A stretch of DNA of 64,000 nucleotides from Octopus vulgaris (taxonomy: Eukaryota), in contig OX597826.1 of assembly GCA_951406725.2 (NCBI GenBank), forward strand, positions 2,108,001 through 2,172,000, read 5' to 3'. Of the stretch, positions 27,346-43,474 are shown one piece after another; position 1 is the stretch's first letter; the number at the start of each line of letters is the position of its first letter. A program made the position numbers and the translations under genes. Under the pieces are notes generated by a model that worked only from the letters and a program-made list of their open reading frames with translations, ran no database searches and was not told where the DNA came from.

Positions 27346-28589
27346 CGATGATAAGCCCATACATTGGACCTGAAAGATCATGGAAGACATAAAATAAACG
27401 GTGGAGGCGGCTGAGCGAATTTATATGAACGGAGAACGGATGTGAGCAGGATGGATGATAGACGACTTAAAACTTCAGTAAAATATAAAAGCCATATAAA
27501 ATATGGTACAACACACTAATTAAAACAAGATATATATAATTATGTAAAACCTTTGAAGCTATTCTGGTTATCAATATATAAATGGCTAAGTCGGGTTGGA
27601 CCACCCAACAATTTGCCATCTTGAATTGCCATCTCTAGTATGTTTTTCGATATACACGTTAGCACTTTTGAGGTTGAAGGGGTTAGGAATTTCTCAGTGT
27701 GTTCGAGGTCCCTTAATCTAATTTACGCACAAACCTAAACCGAGCACTTTACATATAGTCTGCTGTCCATATTCTAAAGGTATTTTCTAAAATATTTCGT
27801 CCAGCAATTTAAAAGACATTTTGATGTACATATCTAACGGGTATTTGTCCTCCATGGGCTGCTGTGAACCACATGTTTATCTGATGATGTGCCCCACCAC
27901 CCCAGTTAAACTGATTTCGTCGTATCTTATTGGTGTTCTCTCTTGTCTTCTAGGCTTTCCTTCTTTTCTTATATTTACCACTCATATTTTCATTGGAGAT
28001 TCCTTTTTCTTGATACATCTACATAACCTCCTGCAAACCACAATGCGATAAAGCTGTTCTGGAGATTGTTATGTGGTGGACTGCGTATATTTTTAATTTG
28101 TTTCAAGAACCAGGCACACGGTCATCTCCTCAGTGAATTCCGGAACATTGGTTAAGGATGGTCCAGAAACCGGATCTTGTTGGTCTTGCAGCTTCGGCTT
28201 CTCTCTTCCCCGATTTACTAACCTTTCCAGATCTTCAGGAGAAAAGATTCTTAATGTATATATGCGCGTGCGTACACACACACACACGCGCGCGTGCGCG
28301 CATACATACACCTACGCACACACACCTACACACACACACGCGTGCACACACGTACACGCGCACACACATACATATTCACACACAAACACACACACACGTA
28401 CGGACACACATTCACGCACGCACACAAACACGTTCACACACGCGCACACGCACATACACATAGTCACACACACACGCGCGCGCGCACAAGCATACTTCTC
28501 TCCGTTGTTCTTTCTTTCCCACTTTACATACCTTTTTTAGTTCTTCAGTGCAAAATATTCTCGATGTAATTGACACACACACGGGCGCC

Positions 28590-28628
<39 letters not shown>

Positions 28629-28889
28629 TCACACTCTCACTCACATATATATATTCATACATAGACGAGTCACTCCGTTTTCTTATATGTGAGTTCGCAT
28701 GTGTGTGAAATTCCCGTGGTAGTTTCACAATATATTTCAATTGTTTATAGCTTTTATTCTCCTTTCATTTTGGTCAACGCTAACTTTCATCTTTGTAAAG
28801 CAAGCTTTCCGAAAATGGTCCTTTTAGAATCACGGGAATGAATAAAATCTTAAGAGTCCACAGGGGCTGATTTTGTTATATAACAGAAT

Positions 28890-29300
28890 TTGGATGATGA
28901 TCTTCTTATCTATACAAACCAATGAAGAATTCGCAAGATTTAAACACCGTTTCAAGGGTGTTCAAAACATGGAAATGCCCGAATGGATTATTTCTTCATT
29001 TCAAGAGGAAGGGCAAGGAGCAAATTTAGGAACATTTCTTAATGAAGGATTTATTGAAATAGCGTTCGATCTTGATGCAAAATCTATATTTACGTTTAAA
29101 GGAATTGGATATTGACGAATGAATGAAGAGGAAAAGCAAAAAAAAAAAAGCGAAGGTAAAATAATTCGAGATTTATGAAACTGTTGAGGCCATTTGCGCT
29201 TTTAAGCTTGTATACCATTGAATTTGGGTTTAGCAATTTTCCTTCTTCATTAAGCAAAGAGATAAGCAGACCATAGAACATAATTAGTGGATCCAACAGG
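28890..29300 (+). pseudogene. Decayed hAT (Charlie/Buster-like) transposase C-terminal fragment
   Basis: FKHRFKGVQNMEMPEWIISSFQ..FIEIAFDLDAKSIF, followed by a degenerate match to the hAT dimerisation motif (ACCATTGAATTTGGGTTTAGC, ~TIEFGFS); family recognised from memory only. Confidence 0.55.
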
Positions 29301-30254
29301 CAAACATGCTAAGTCATATTCATGAGCTCCTCTAAGCCTGCCTCACCACAATCCATCTTACCAATTCCAAGGTGCGCTTGCGTTTTATAGTTTACTGATT
29401 CTTTTCTTATGAAAATTATATTAGATATTGGTAAATAAGTTTTGAAATTTAATATTCTATTAATTTATTCGGGTATCAATGGAAATTAATTTTTTCTTAT
29501 AAAGGACGCATGAAACGGAAATTTTATAAATCTATTAGTCATTCTTAATTCAAATTTTCTGAAGAAATCACTAGATTTGTTGGGATGCTGTTACACATAT
29601 AATGTTGCCGAGAATATTGTTCAAATTGAATTTGATGTTGATGTATGTCGTAAACTCTTAAAGTGTGTATTTGGACAATATGATACATGTATTATGTCAG
29701 ACAATGAGAAAGCCACTGCTGTGTTACTGTAGAAAGGTAGGAAGAGGATTATATGTCGGTCTGCTTGTAAGTGCATCGTGCAGGTAAGTGGCGATTAAGC
29801 TTAATATGTTACGATAAAATATTCAAATGGACGTTACACAGCGTATGAATAATTAAAACTCGTAAAGATTATGTTTACATAGAGTGGGTTAATAATTCAT
29901 AAGCTAAATGGCGCCTACTGCAGTGATGTCGAAATATGCCATCAATGGTAATTTTCCGCGTATTGATGACACTAGATTAGCATATATATTGCAGCATCTA
30001 ATAAAAGACTACGGAATTAGAGCTGTATTTGCTTAATTCATAGAAAACAATAACTACGGCGTTGGTTTAAAGCAGTATATATTATAGCGAATCAGATATT
30101 TACAACAATTCACTTCGCTGAAGCTCATATTTTCTTTCACAGTTAAACTATTTTACTCATTTATAAATTCCTGCCTGTTGGTTGAGGCCGTGTTCGGTTC
30201 TGGCGTCATATAAAACATAAGTATTATGGATTTCCCAAGCTCTTAATCTTCCAA

Positions 30255-30390
30255 TTAATTAGATGACGAATTGGCAGAGTAATAGAGTATTGCGTAGAAT
30301 GATCCATGATACTTCTTCTCACTCTCCGAGTTCGATTTCCTCCGTGGTCAACTTTTCCTTTCGTCTTTGCGGTGTTGATAAGCAAAATAA
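30255..30390 (+). mobile_element. Highly diverged SINE family B fragment
   Basis: TTGGCAGAG..GAGTTCGATTTCCTCCGTGGTCAACTTTTCCTTTCGTC. Confidence 0.5.
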
Positions 30391-31798
30391 CAATCCAGAG
30401 CAAAGTGCTAGCTGATAAGTAAGGATGTGTCATTAGATGTGTTTGCGCCGGTTCTTTGCATTTGCCGCCTTAAGTGAAGTTCAGTCTGTTGCAAATAACC
30501 GAGTCTGAACTCTGGTTTGAAAATACTTTTCACCTTTTTCCACAAGTATCGCAGTCACTACAAAGACTCTCGGATTATGGTATTAGGATCGTCCTGCATA
30601 TAACTACCTGATTAAAAAATATATATAGAATTTAACTTGATGTTTATTTCCGATAATTGGACGAAAATAGACGTTTCGAGTGCGAAATAAACTAAAGAAT
30701 ATGTCTTTATGGTGGCAGTAATCGCTTTGGTATATCTTTTCCTCATGCTATCTATTCGGTTCATCGCTTTGGCCTATTTGCTTGGCTACATGTAAGAGCC
30801 ATGAATAAACATGAAGCTATGCTTAGTTTTGTACTGATGGGGATTAGCGAATTTTGTTTCTTAAATATTGTTGTCTGGTCTATTCTTCATCTATGTACGG
30901 CATAACCGACCATGTTGCAGGCATTTGGGTAAATTGTGGATTTTTTAAAGTGCGGAAGTATGTATGTAAATTGATGACCATGTTTCTAATGTGTAACGTG
31001 GTTACTTCCGCTTTGTCATAGCTTCCCATGGAAACATCCAACGATGCGTCAAATCTATTTAATGACCATACATTTGAAGTAATACAAATTACACGCTTAC
31101 ATCAGACATCTATACATACTGAAAAAAATATTTTATCTTACGAAACAAAAAATTAATTGACAAAACGATTGATATGAATAGATGACAGAAAGATAGATCA
31201 TTTTCCCGAATGAAAAAATCGCCCAAGTATCTGACAATATATCAATTTGCTTTAATAATGGCACACATAGGAGGGTCCTATGATGCTGACAGTAGCAAAT
31301 TCGTCTTCCCAGTGAAAAATCCCACAAATGCTGACAATCATTAAAGTCAAAATTAAAAAAGATTGTACTTCTTCGGGAATGTGCGAGGTTAGACATATTT
31401 CATAGTCAAACTCAGAAATGTGAGGGGGTAAATCCGAATTCCCTTTGATGGTACACGCACCAGGCTTTTCACGAGGGCTCAAAATGTCTGAGAGCGCAGA
31501 AGGCAAAACGGAAAATTTATGGGAATATTTCCCTAGTATCTACTATTGTTGCTCAAAGCAGGTTAGAATTTGTTATCATAGCTTTAGTTCTGAGCATCAG
31601 GTAATATCGGGAGTTGAGTTTTCGAAATTTACATATCCTAAAGAGGATAAGATACATTTAACTATAAGAATACTATTGTTTGAGCAAAACAACATAAAAC
31701 TGACGATTTACCAAAACTAATGGAAGACAGAGATTCGTGGTTCGGAAGTGTTTAAAAGCAACTCCACTGAGGCTTTTTGATGATGAAGACGGAGAACG

Positions 31799-31878
<80 letters not shown>

Positions 31879-32894
31879 AAGAAGAAGAAGAAGAAGAAGA
31901 AGACAAAGAAGAAAAAGAAGAAGAAATAAAGAATAAGAATAAACATTATATATTGATTACTGTGCGTCATAATGTAACTGAAATCTCCGTCTAACTTACA
32001 CTCATACACACGAATATAGATATGTATGGATATATATGTATACATATATATATATACATATGTGTATATATATATGCATATATATATATACACATGCGTA
32101 TATACATGAATAGACGTACACTCGCGTATGCCGTACATATAAAGAATTATTTAATGTGTACTGCATATGCATGTATGTGATATATGTCTATGCATATATA
32201 TATATATATATATATATGCATTTATGCACATTTTTACATGTGCATTTATACATATATACATATAAATTTGTGCTCGTGCGTTGATATATGCAACTTTAAT
32301 GTGTTATTGTAAAAGAAATATTCTACAGAGTTGATTCTAGAAGGTACTTTTACTTATTTTCCCATCCTTCAACGAATATATTGAATTTTCAGATAAAACT
32401 TCTCATCCGCCATTTTCTAACTGCAATCATTGTAACTATAACTATCTTAAAACAGAATTCTATGGTCAAAATCTTTATCCATTAATCACTAATCTTGGGA
32501 AAGAGTAACATGTAACATGTAGTTATCATTTCGTTACAAAATATACTGAAATACAGAGAGTAAACGAAGAGCAAACAGAAACTTATACCGATCGAAATAA
32601 CTTGAGAAGAATTTAGGCTAGAACAGTGAAAGTGAAGATTTGCATGTCGTTATGTGATCCTTTACTTCCGCTCTCATTGCGTCTGCGTGTAGCCTTCTTG
32701 CAGACAATATACGCAGTCAATGTCCAGATGTGTAGTATATATTATAAAAAGAAAAAATAAACAACAAAAAACACGTCCGCATATTTGAGTTCTGACTCTC
32801 TTTATGCTAGATAAGACTATATACACCCCCCGGTATATGAATATGTATACACACATATATAGATATGCATATATATATATTTACATAAGGTATG

Positions 32895-32942
<48 letters not shown>

Positions 32943-32987
32943 CACATATATAGATATGCATATATATATATATTTACATAAGGTATG

Positions 32988-33023
<36 letters not shown>

Positions 33024-33048
33024 CATACATACATATATATATGTATAT

Positions 33049-33081
<33 letters not shown>

Positions 33082-33166
33082 AATTACATATATATGTATA
33101 TATTTCATACATATGTATACATGTAGATAAATATATATATTATAAATATATACTACATATATATTT

Positions 33167-33225
<59 letters not shown>

Positions 33226-33982
33226 CATCCACCCATACACACACAAACGCACTCACACTCACATATATGTAACACGAATATATACACTTCTAATCGAAGT
33301 TTTACATCACGAAAATAAGCACGTTGATGTACACTAACATCCAACCACATCATCTTCCGAAATGCGCGCAGACACACACGGTCACATACACACGCAGACA
33401 GACACACCCAGAAACACACTCAATCACACACAAACACACACACACATACACACACACGCGCGCGCACACACACACACACGCACACACACACAGCTACAGC
33501 TACATATAAAGTCTAATATCACTAATATCGCCATAGCGGTTAATGCAACAATTCTTGGTGTATTTAACAGATAATTGTAACTGAAGGGACGCTAATAATT
33601 AAATTTATTAATTATCTATTCAAATAAATTTGATTAATCACACAATACACTGTTTTTTTTCCTATTTTTGAAGTATTTCTTTAATTTTTTTTTCCACACG
33701 TATAAAATATATTGTCTGTTATTTTTTTTTATATATATTTTCTGCTTGGAAGCGAAGACAGAACACTACCTAATACGTATATGTTATAAATGTAACTGAA
33801 GCACACATGTATATATATATGTGCGTATAAAGGTGTTCACATGTGGGTTTATTCATATATACACGCATATATATATATATATATTTGTATTCATATATAT
33901 TTATATATTTGTGTATATATATGTATATACACTCACACATCTATATGCATATTAATTGCAACACACACACACACAAGCACAT

Positions 33983-34013
<31 letters not shown>

Positions 34014-34131
34014 CATGTGTATATATATATATATGTGTATGTATATAAGCGTCTATTATACGTATGTATATAGAGGTAAATATAAATGTATTTATATTTT
34101 ATATTCATTTATATACACACACGTGATATAA

Positions 34132-34172
<41 letters not shown>

Positions 34173-35187
34173 AACGCACACACTCATATATGTATATATA
34201 TATATATACGTATATTCGATAGTATTTGCATATATATATACACACACATAATTATACATATACACACAAATGCTTATATATATGTTTATGTGCGTGTATG
34301 TAGAAATTTATGCATATGTATTGTATACATACATGTATATACACACACACATATGCACACACACATCTATGCGCATATCCAAATACACATCTGTATATCC
34401 GCATTCATTTTAGCTTTCTTTTACTCATGTTTGTTTCGCATCCCCCCCCGCACCCTTACACATCAGCAGAAGCACATAGTTCTAGAAACATGCACGCACA
34501 TATATATATAAGCGCGAGTATATGTGTGTGTGTATGTGTGTGGGCGTGTGAGTGTGTTTCTGTCTCTTCTCCGGTGTGCTTGTATGCGCATCCGATTGTA
34601 AGAGTCTAGTTGTTCGGTGTTTGAGAAAAATTAGATAGAAAATAAATAAGTGTAAAAAAATAAATAAGTGTAAAAAAAAAAGTAACGAAAAATAAATACG
34701 ATGGACGTTGATTGATTTGGACACCGAATACAACATATCGATTTTCTTTTTCACTTGTCAGATGGATTACTTTACTAAAATGAATCGATACAGAAATTAA
34801 GTTACAGATTTTTATTTAAAAGACAAACAGGTGATGAACGAAACGGAGACAATCGCGCGTGCGTCTAACATTTTTTTTTTGAACCTTGCTATAAATAAGA
34901 CTTATCTATGTTTAGTATTAGATGAAATGTATCGCTTGGACCTACGCCGGTTCTTATATCTTGTGTAGTGTATTATTCTGTTATCTAGAGAGCTTCAATC
35001 TTAATCAATGAATAACAATACCAGTTTGTCAAGGATTGCTGTTGTTAGTTTACGTTCGACACCAAGTTTTATTTGACTCTGTCGCGCTGCTTATGGAGAG
35101 AAAAATAAAGAGAGAAAAATAAATTGTATAGGAATAAATTTGACAGTTTTGTGTCGATTTGAGTGTCGGCTGCCACTAGAAGTTCGG

Positions 35188-35257
<70 letters not shown>

Positions 35258-35629
35258 ATGTGTGAAGATATTTAAGAAAAGACAAAAGAACTCTAAAAGT
35301 TTGGGGCAGCCGCCACGTAATATTTCAAGTATGTTGAATCTATTAACAAGTTTCTCTGAGGCGTGTTTGGTCGACTGCCTTGTCTACAAAAGCTTTAGTT
35401 GTCCACACCAAATGCCTTAGACAGACAGGGGGAGAGAGAAAGAGAAAGAAAGCGAAAGAGACAGACACAAAGAGACAGAAACAAAGAAAGAGAGAGAGAG
35501 AGAGTCAGGGTTGGAGAGGCTGAGAGAGTGAAAGACAATAAATAAACTCACAGCGATATCTTTAGAACACAATCTCTAGTTTTTAACAAATGTATTGGTA
35601 GAGATTTTATAACCCGCTTCAACAAAAGA

Positions 35630-35708
<79 letters not shown>

Positions 35709-36019
35709 GTAAGTATTGCAGTTTTCATGTTTGAACATAATCAGGTAAATACTCGCTAAAATTTATCGCTCGAATATTATATTAGTTTTCTAAAATTACA
35801 TTTATCAAAACTGGGGACAGAATAAAATTAGAATATCGTGTTAAAACACGATCGTGATTGTCTTATGCTTGACACAACTTCTATTTGTTTTTTTCTTTTT
35901 ATATCTTTGATCCTTAAACTATTGATTCGAGCGTCAGGGAACGATCGATACGTTGAGATACTTTCATTATACAATGTAAAAATTCTATAAACTTCGCTGA
36001 TATAGTTTAGATGTGGAGC

Positions 36020-36107
36020 GGCAAAGAATTTGTGCGTTCAAATACGCTACAGACCATTGTATTGGCAAAGAATTTGTGCGTTCAAATACGCTACAGACTA
36101 TTGTATT
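36020..36107. repeat. 44-bp tandem duplication
   Basis: GGCAAAGAATTTGTGCGTTCAAATACGCTACAGAC(C/T)ATTGTATT x2. Confidence 0.95.
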
Positions 36108-36224
36108 TTTGCAGAGCTAAGCATAATACAAGCGTTTCAGTTCGCCTAGTTGATATTGTTGTTTAGCCCAGGGTCGGCCTTGATTGAGCAAAGCTATAAT
36201 CCAGGGCATTCTAACCATGACCAT

Positions 36225-36570
36225 CTTTCTTTTATTCTTTTATTTGTTTCAGTCATTTGACTGCGGCCATGCTGGAGCGACGCCTTTAGTCGAGCAAATC
36301 GACCCCAGGACTTATTCTTTGGAAGCCTAGTACCTATTTTATCTGTGTCTGTTGCCGAACCACTAGGTGACGGGGACGTAAACACACCTGCATCGGTTGT
36401 CAAGCGATGTTGGGGGACAAACAAAGACACGCTAAGATATATATATATACATCTAACAAAAAATATATATATATAAACAACGGGCGTCTTTCAGTTTCCG
36501 TCTACCAAATCCACTCACAAGGCTTTGGTCGGCCCGACGCTACAGTAGAAGACACTTGCCCAAGGTGCCA
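36225..36570 (-). mobile_element. 5'-truncated SINE family A copy
   Basis: Tail and body match, ending at CCAAGGTGCCA. Confidence 0.9.
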
Positions 36571-37194
36571 AAGCAAGCAAAAAAGCAACTAAATCACAAG
36601 TGATTTGACAAAAAACGACCAAAGCGCTCAAATTCTTTAATGGCCACTGAGGGCCCAAGACAGTGGGGACATTACAAGGACAGACAACACAAAGTGGGGA
36701 CATAAAGCATAAGTGAATGAATGAAGTGAAATATATAATTAATGACGGTGGAATGGCTATTCGAGCCCCACTCTCGAGTTGTACCATTTAACTATTTTTT
36801 TTTATCGATTTTAAATCAATTTTAAACTTACATTACCGGATCATATATTGTTTTGAAGTTCTCATATTCCATCACGGGAGGCAGAGATTCGTATCTCACC
36901 TCTGGTTCCAACGTGTCTATGTCAATTCCCGAAAATTTTCTTTAGCTTTTTTTTACACCTGTCCATATCTATTAGTATTCATCTTATATCTGTTGGGTAG
37001 TACCCTACAGGCATTTTAACTCCTATTTCTGTTTTAATTTTTGGTGTTTGGGTGATTTATAGATTTAAAAACGTAAATCTTTAAAAATTCGTTCGTATTA
37101 TATCGAATCATATGAGGTGCACTCAACCCCTTCAACCAGTGTTTTGTGACAATCGTGGGGAAGTTTTCACACTTTTATTATAGTCTTTGGTCAG

Positions 37195-37603
37195 TACTCT
37201 CTTTTACTCTCGTTTACTTGTTTCAGTTATTTGACTGCAGCCATGCTGGAGCACCGCCTTTAGTCGAACAAATCGACAGCGGGACTTATTCTTTGTAAGC
37301 CTAGTACTTTTTTTATTGGTCTCTTTTGCCGAACCGCTATGTGACGGTGTCATAAACACACCAGCATCGGTTATCAAGCAATGCTAGGGGGACAGACGCA
37401 GACACACAAGCATACACACACATATATATACATATATACGACGAGCTTCTTTCAGTTTCCGTCTACCAAATCCACTCACAAGGCTTTGGTCAGCCCAAGG
37501 CTGTAGTAGAAGACACTTGCCCAAGATGCCACGCAGTGGGAATGAATCCGGGACTATTTGGTTCTTAAGCAAGCTACTTACCACACAGCCACTCCTATGC
37601 CTA
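37195..37603 (-). mobile_element. Full-length SINE family A copy
   Basis: Matches family A end to end. Confidence 0.9.
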
Positions 37604-38397
37604 AGCATTTCTGAAACACATACTTCAAAATTCGTTGCAAGTTCTATTCATTCGCATCAGACCCTTTCAGTACCTTCAGCCAATGAACTACTCCGGTCTT
37701 CGGGATCACCCTTCATACCGTTGCTGCAGCCCTTCATTAGTGGTTGGATTATTCTGAAGTACAAATCTTAATATAATGTCAAAACTCTCATGAGTATTAC
37801 TTGTTTGTATAAAGTAGGTGTGTTTGGGATCGTACATATTAGATATTCCAAGTGGTTTTTAAAAGGATCGGCATCAGGTTCTTGTAGAGCACTTATATTT
37901 TCTAGCAGAAGCTTCGCTAAATGAATCCCAAACTATTTCCCTATATAATCTTAAATATTGACGTGGAGGTTTGGAATTTGGCAAGATGGACTGGAACTTG
38001 CTTTGATCATTTGCATAGGACTTAACATCAAATATTTACTGCCAGGTCTCTCAGATCTTCAAGATAAATATTACTGCACATTTTTCTATTCTTTAATCCA
38101 GGGATTAGAGACCTAACGCTTTCAAACTTTACCAGTAGTTCATCTGTTTGATCGTGTAACATCAATCATGAAGCACAGACAATTCACATGCAAAAACAAA
38201 ACGCGTTAGTCCAGTTTTGACACGAAGATAATAACACACTCGAAACATATTTTAAAGCGTAAATCCTGGAAATATATAGAAGGCGAAGGGGAGAAAAGAA
38301 AGACATTATTCTGTTCCTATTCAGAACGATAGCACACAACTCAAATTCACAACTTGTAGAAAAGAGCCAAATGTATACGCTAGTATTTGATTTACTC

Positions 38398-38398
38398 A

Positions 38399-38493
<95 letters not shown>

Positions 38494-39008
38494 TTTTCTA
38501 GATATCTATGTGTTTTATACGTATATTTATTGGTATGCATGAATGTAGGTATAGTTGTATATTTGAAAGTAAGTATATGTGTATGTATGTATGTGTGTAT
38601 GAATGTATGTATGTATGTACGTATGTGTGTATGTAAGTATGTATATATGTATATATGTATATATGTATGTATGTATGTATGTATACATACATACATACAT
38701 ACACAACACACACACGCATATATATATATAGTTGTATGTGTGTGAATATATGTATACGTGACCATAAAAATTCTTTACTCATACGTAGACACATATTCGC
38801 CTACATTTTCAACTAGATTTGATAGAAAAAGAATTATATCAAAATTGATGCAAAGCCAACAGAACAACTAAAACATTTTACGGAAATAAAATTATACACA
38901 AATGTATACATACATACATACATACATACATACATACATACATACATACACACACACATACATACATACATACATACATACATACATACATAATTCTATT
39001 CAAATAGA

Positions 39009-39076
<68 letters not shown>

Positions 39077-39120
39077 CATGTATATACGTAATTATATATA
39101 TGAATATATGTATGTATGCA

Positions 39121-39167
<47 letters not shown>

Positions 39168-39375
39168 ATATATATGTATATATATATATATATATATGTA
39201 TATATGTGTATGTGTATATATATGTATATATATGTATATCTGTATATATACATATATCTATCTATCAGATATAAACCATAACATAATACAATATAAGATA
39301 TAATGTAATATAGTATTATGTATATGTGTGTGTGTGTGTGTATGTATGTGTGTGCGTACTTGTGTGTGTGTGTAA
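38398..39375. repeat. (TATC)n, (TATG)/(CATA)n and (TA)n mosaic
   Basis: Direct reading. Confidence 0.9.
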
Positions 39376-39772
39376 TTCATGATAGGTAATTCATGATATG
39401 TATTAGTTAGGAAATTTCATATCCGAAGGTAAGTTGAGAAAAATGGGGAATCACGAAGCAATAACTATTATCAGAAGAGTGATATTTAAAACTAAAGAAA
39501 CGACACACCTGCGAACATAGCACGCACTCGCATACGCACATAGGAACATACGCACACACACATGCACACACACATGCACACACACATGCACACACGCATG
39601 CTCAAACACACACACACACACACACACACGCTCACACACACAAACATTAATGTGCGCTCGTGTAAGTGTGTGTTCGTACATGTATTTGTGTGTACGTGTG
39701 TGAGTGTGTGTATGTGTCTGTTCATGTGTATGTGTTCATGTGTGTGTGTTTGTGTGTGCGTGTGTGTGTTTG

Positions 39773-39803
<31 letters not shown>

Positions 39804-40687
39804 AAGCATTCGATGTGAATGCTTGATGAACGTTACTTAGAGGCTGTTAGTCTTCGTTGAAATGAGCTGAAATTTTGAAGTCGGTTGACATTTATTAAGA
39901 CACCTGCTTCCATCGCAGAACGCCTACCAGCTTGATGTGACATTTGCTTCGGCTCTAGAAAAATATACTTTGTAAATATACATCAACCAGCCTATATCAT
40001 GCGTTAGGGTCTCGCATCTATAATATACTAAGTCGAAAAGTTTTCATGAACTAATATTATCCAAGCAATTAGTCCACTAAGTCTCCCTTTCCCAGTAACA
40101 GGCAAGGTATGTAGATCTCCTGTTGACGAAAGATTTTGGAAAATAAATGATGTAGACTGGAATCGATATATATATATTAAAGTCAAATGATGAAAGCCAG
40201 CTTATGTTTCTATATTATTTGGTTTCTTCAGCGAGGTATATTTTATTTAAATGGCATACCTATGAGACATTAACAGGTAGGAAAGAAGGAAAAGGAAAGA
40301 TAGTGTGTTAGATAATATCAACAATATGGCTGACAGAATATATCTTAGGGTAGCCCTCTGCAAAATAAATATACAGCATCGTCTCACGCATGAAATATAG
40401 TCGTTAGATGAAAAATTTCGATCAGCTAGAGCGTATCCTAGCAATTACGATACATCACACCGTCTAAAGGAGTCGAAATTATTATTTTTGCTGTTGTTGT
40501 TGTTGTTCTTTATCGTTCTTTCGTCTCTCTCTCTCTCTCTCACTCTCTCTCTCTCTCTCTCTCTCCTTCTTGTCCTTTCTTTTCTACTGTTCTCTCTTTT
40601 CCTCCTCTTCCTCCTCCTTTTGTCCTCTGCATTCTTCTTTCTATACTTCTTACTTTATTCTACTTACACCACGTATACTGAAATGGG

Positions 40688-40740
<53 letters not shown>

Positions 40741-40759
40741 CGATATGTCTACACCCATG

Positions 40760-40845
<86 letters not shown>

Positions 40846-41540
40846 CATCTATTTATCAACCAGTGGAAATTTTCAAATGTAATACGCTAAACTGGTTAAA
40901 TATCTTATTAAAAACTCCACAGAATAAGAAGAAAATCTTAGGAAATTATAGAATAGTGGAAACGGCAAAAAATATTTCCACATTGTGTCATATTACCGCA
41001 CAACTCAAATCACCCTCCGACAAAGAAGTTTTACCACCCCCCGACAAAGAACTCTGCCTGTGACATTTTACATGCGGTACAATCTTAGTTCTTCGCTTAT
41101 CTAGAGATTACCCTTTAACCAAATTTTTCCCAGACGTCATTTCACTCATGCATTCTATAGAAGAGTCTGTGAAAACCATGTTGGTGTTTTAGAACAATAT
41201 CCTGAATATTTTTGTAGGCTTCCATCTGACGTATATTGTTTTCTTTGAGCTGTACTTTTGTTATTTTGGACAATGGCTTCTTTTACTCGCCTCTCCCGGT
41301 TTTTCTGCTCCTCACAAAACGATGAAATATTTCTACTGTAATGGATGTCTTTGCTGCTCATTACAGACTAAGAAGATGAGGTGGGTTATATATGATAGAA
41401 CACGTTTTTAGTCCTCTCTGAAGTGAGTAGTTAGTCCTTTCAGCTTTGCCTAGTTCTTTATTTTCTGCATAGAAGCAATCCACTTCCAGTCTAAATATAG
41501 CATTGCTTCGAAGTCTACTTTCTGTTTAAAATTATATCGG

Positions 41541-41893
41541 TTACTTACTTACTTGTACTTGTGGTGACATTCACCCTGGGCGGGTTGAGTCGGCTTCTTC
41601 TTTGGAAGAAGTTTCGTGGGAATATGTGGATTTCACAAGCGGTCCCCAACAATCCCGCATGTAGAGACATCCTGTTTGCTGCAGATTGTCCGCAGACTCA
41701 GGGACAGAACGACCGAGGAGCCGCCGGTTACCGAAACAGACACTCCGAGGATTTTCACCTAATACCACTCGGTGTCAGACCAATCCGCCTTGGGTGGCCC
41801 TACCAGAAACCGAAGTTCCCGACGGCATAGCTCTGACACTACCCGTTGCCAGCGTCCCCACCACGGTGAGGAGGGGAGGGACTTTGGGGACGC
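41541..41893 (-). mobile_element. Short non-autonomous RTE (BovB/Expander-like) derivative: 5'UTR joined to a (TAAG)n tail
   Basis: Minus strand CCTCACCGTGGTGGGG..GAGCTATGCCG..CTGGTAGGGCCACCCAAGGCGGA resembles the RTE/BovB 5'UTR; it ends AAGTAAGTAAGTAA. Confidence 0.65.
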
Positions 41894-43266
41894 AATTACA
41901 TAACCGAAAACAATATTGTAGACAACTGAGAAAAATATGACCTGTGCTGGAGGAACAAGATTTCCCATCCTCTCGTTCTAAATGAATTCCGAAACCATTC
42001 CGTAAAAAGACAGTAGATTATTTTTATTTTTGTAGGATACAAACACGAAACGATTCATCATTACTAAATTCGGGGCCCAAGGCCGTACCGGTCGTGAATT
42101 TTGTTTTTCAACTTTTCCTTGGTCCTCTGTATTCTATTTTCAATGCCATTGAGATTTTTAACGGACTGCTTGAAATTTTCAAGCATTAAATTGCTCTGTG
42201 GTCTTTTTGATATTCAGGAACTTAGAAAGTAAATATTGTTAAAAACGAGAAAAAGCACATTTCTATATAAAAAAAAGGAAAAGAAAATGTAAATGCAAAC
42301 ACTGAATTTGAGAGCCTAGCGGTACTGCATGTTTATAAGGACAATATGTGTATGTGTCTTTGATCTCTTTGGGGGAAATATATGTTGAATGTATCAATAA
42401 CAACCAACAGAAAAAAATTCCTTTAGAAACAATAATAAAAATAAATGGAGTAAAAAATATGAACAACATCAACACTGAACCAATATTGTTGAAGATAGAA
42501 TGCAATATGACAATTACGAATATATACCAATAAAGCCAAAACGGCTCTATTATAATCAATAAAGCACAAGACAAAATTAAACATTATAAAATGAACAACA
42601 AAACCCAAACTCATAATGAAATGGAAACAACATTAGCACAGTAAATATAAAGGCAAAATGTAAACTATAAATGTAACGCATAATTGCATTTAGTTCATAT
42701 GCAATTATAATTGTTTGAAACATTTAATTTTTGTCATAAAAACATCAAACGAATATATATAAACTGCGTAGTTCGTGGTTTTGAAAAGTGGATTTACATG
42801 TTTGTATTTGAAAACAAAGCGAGACGTGTTTTATACAAAGATGACAGTTAAAAGGGAGACAATAAAAATATGATAGAAGTATAGAAAGACCATTTAAGAC
42901 ACGGTCTCACAACTTCTCATCGAGGCGTCTATCCTATACTTACTGACCACTATACCATGATTCAACGGCTATTCTTCTTCCCACGTTGCTAAACTTGTTT
43001 CGGCGTAGAGAAAATTCTCGAAGTTGTTTTATGAAATCTTACTTCAACTCAGTTGATCACAGAAATGAATGGTTTGATTCACTTTCACTGCAAAGTCGCA
43101 GGCCTGGGTGTTTGATTAAGAAGTACGCTTTGTAACCACGTGATTTCGGATACAGTCAAATTTCGTGATATTCAGGATAGTATCATTAACTATAGCCTCG
43201 AACCTACCAATGCCTATTGAGTGAATTTGCTACATTAAAAATGTGTGGAAGCCCGTCGTGTATAAT

Positions 43267-43297
<31 letters not shown>

Positions 43298-43406
43298 CAC
43301 ACACACATGTATATATATATATGTTGTTTTATATTTACATACATGTATATATATATATATGTTGTTTTATATTTACATACATATCTATATATATACAATA
43401 TATATA

Positions 43407-43471
<65 letters not shown>

Positions 43472-43474
<3 letters not shown>

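Noticed and set aside
27700-28260. Possible LINE remnant or exon on the minus strand (similar doubt at 37620-38160 and 61870-62230)
   Set aside because: No diagnostic motif recognisable by eye
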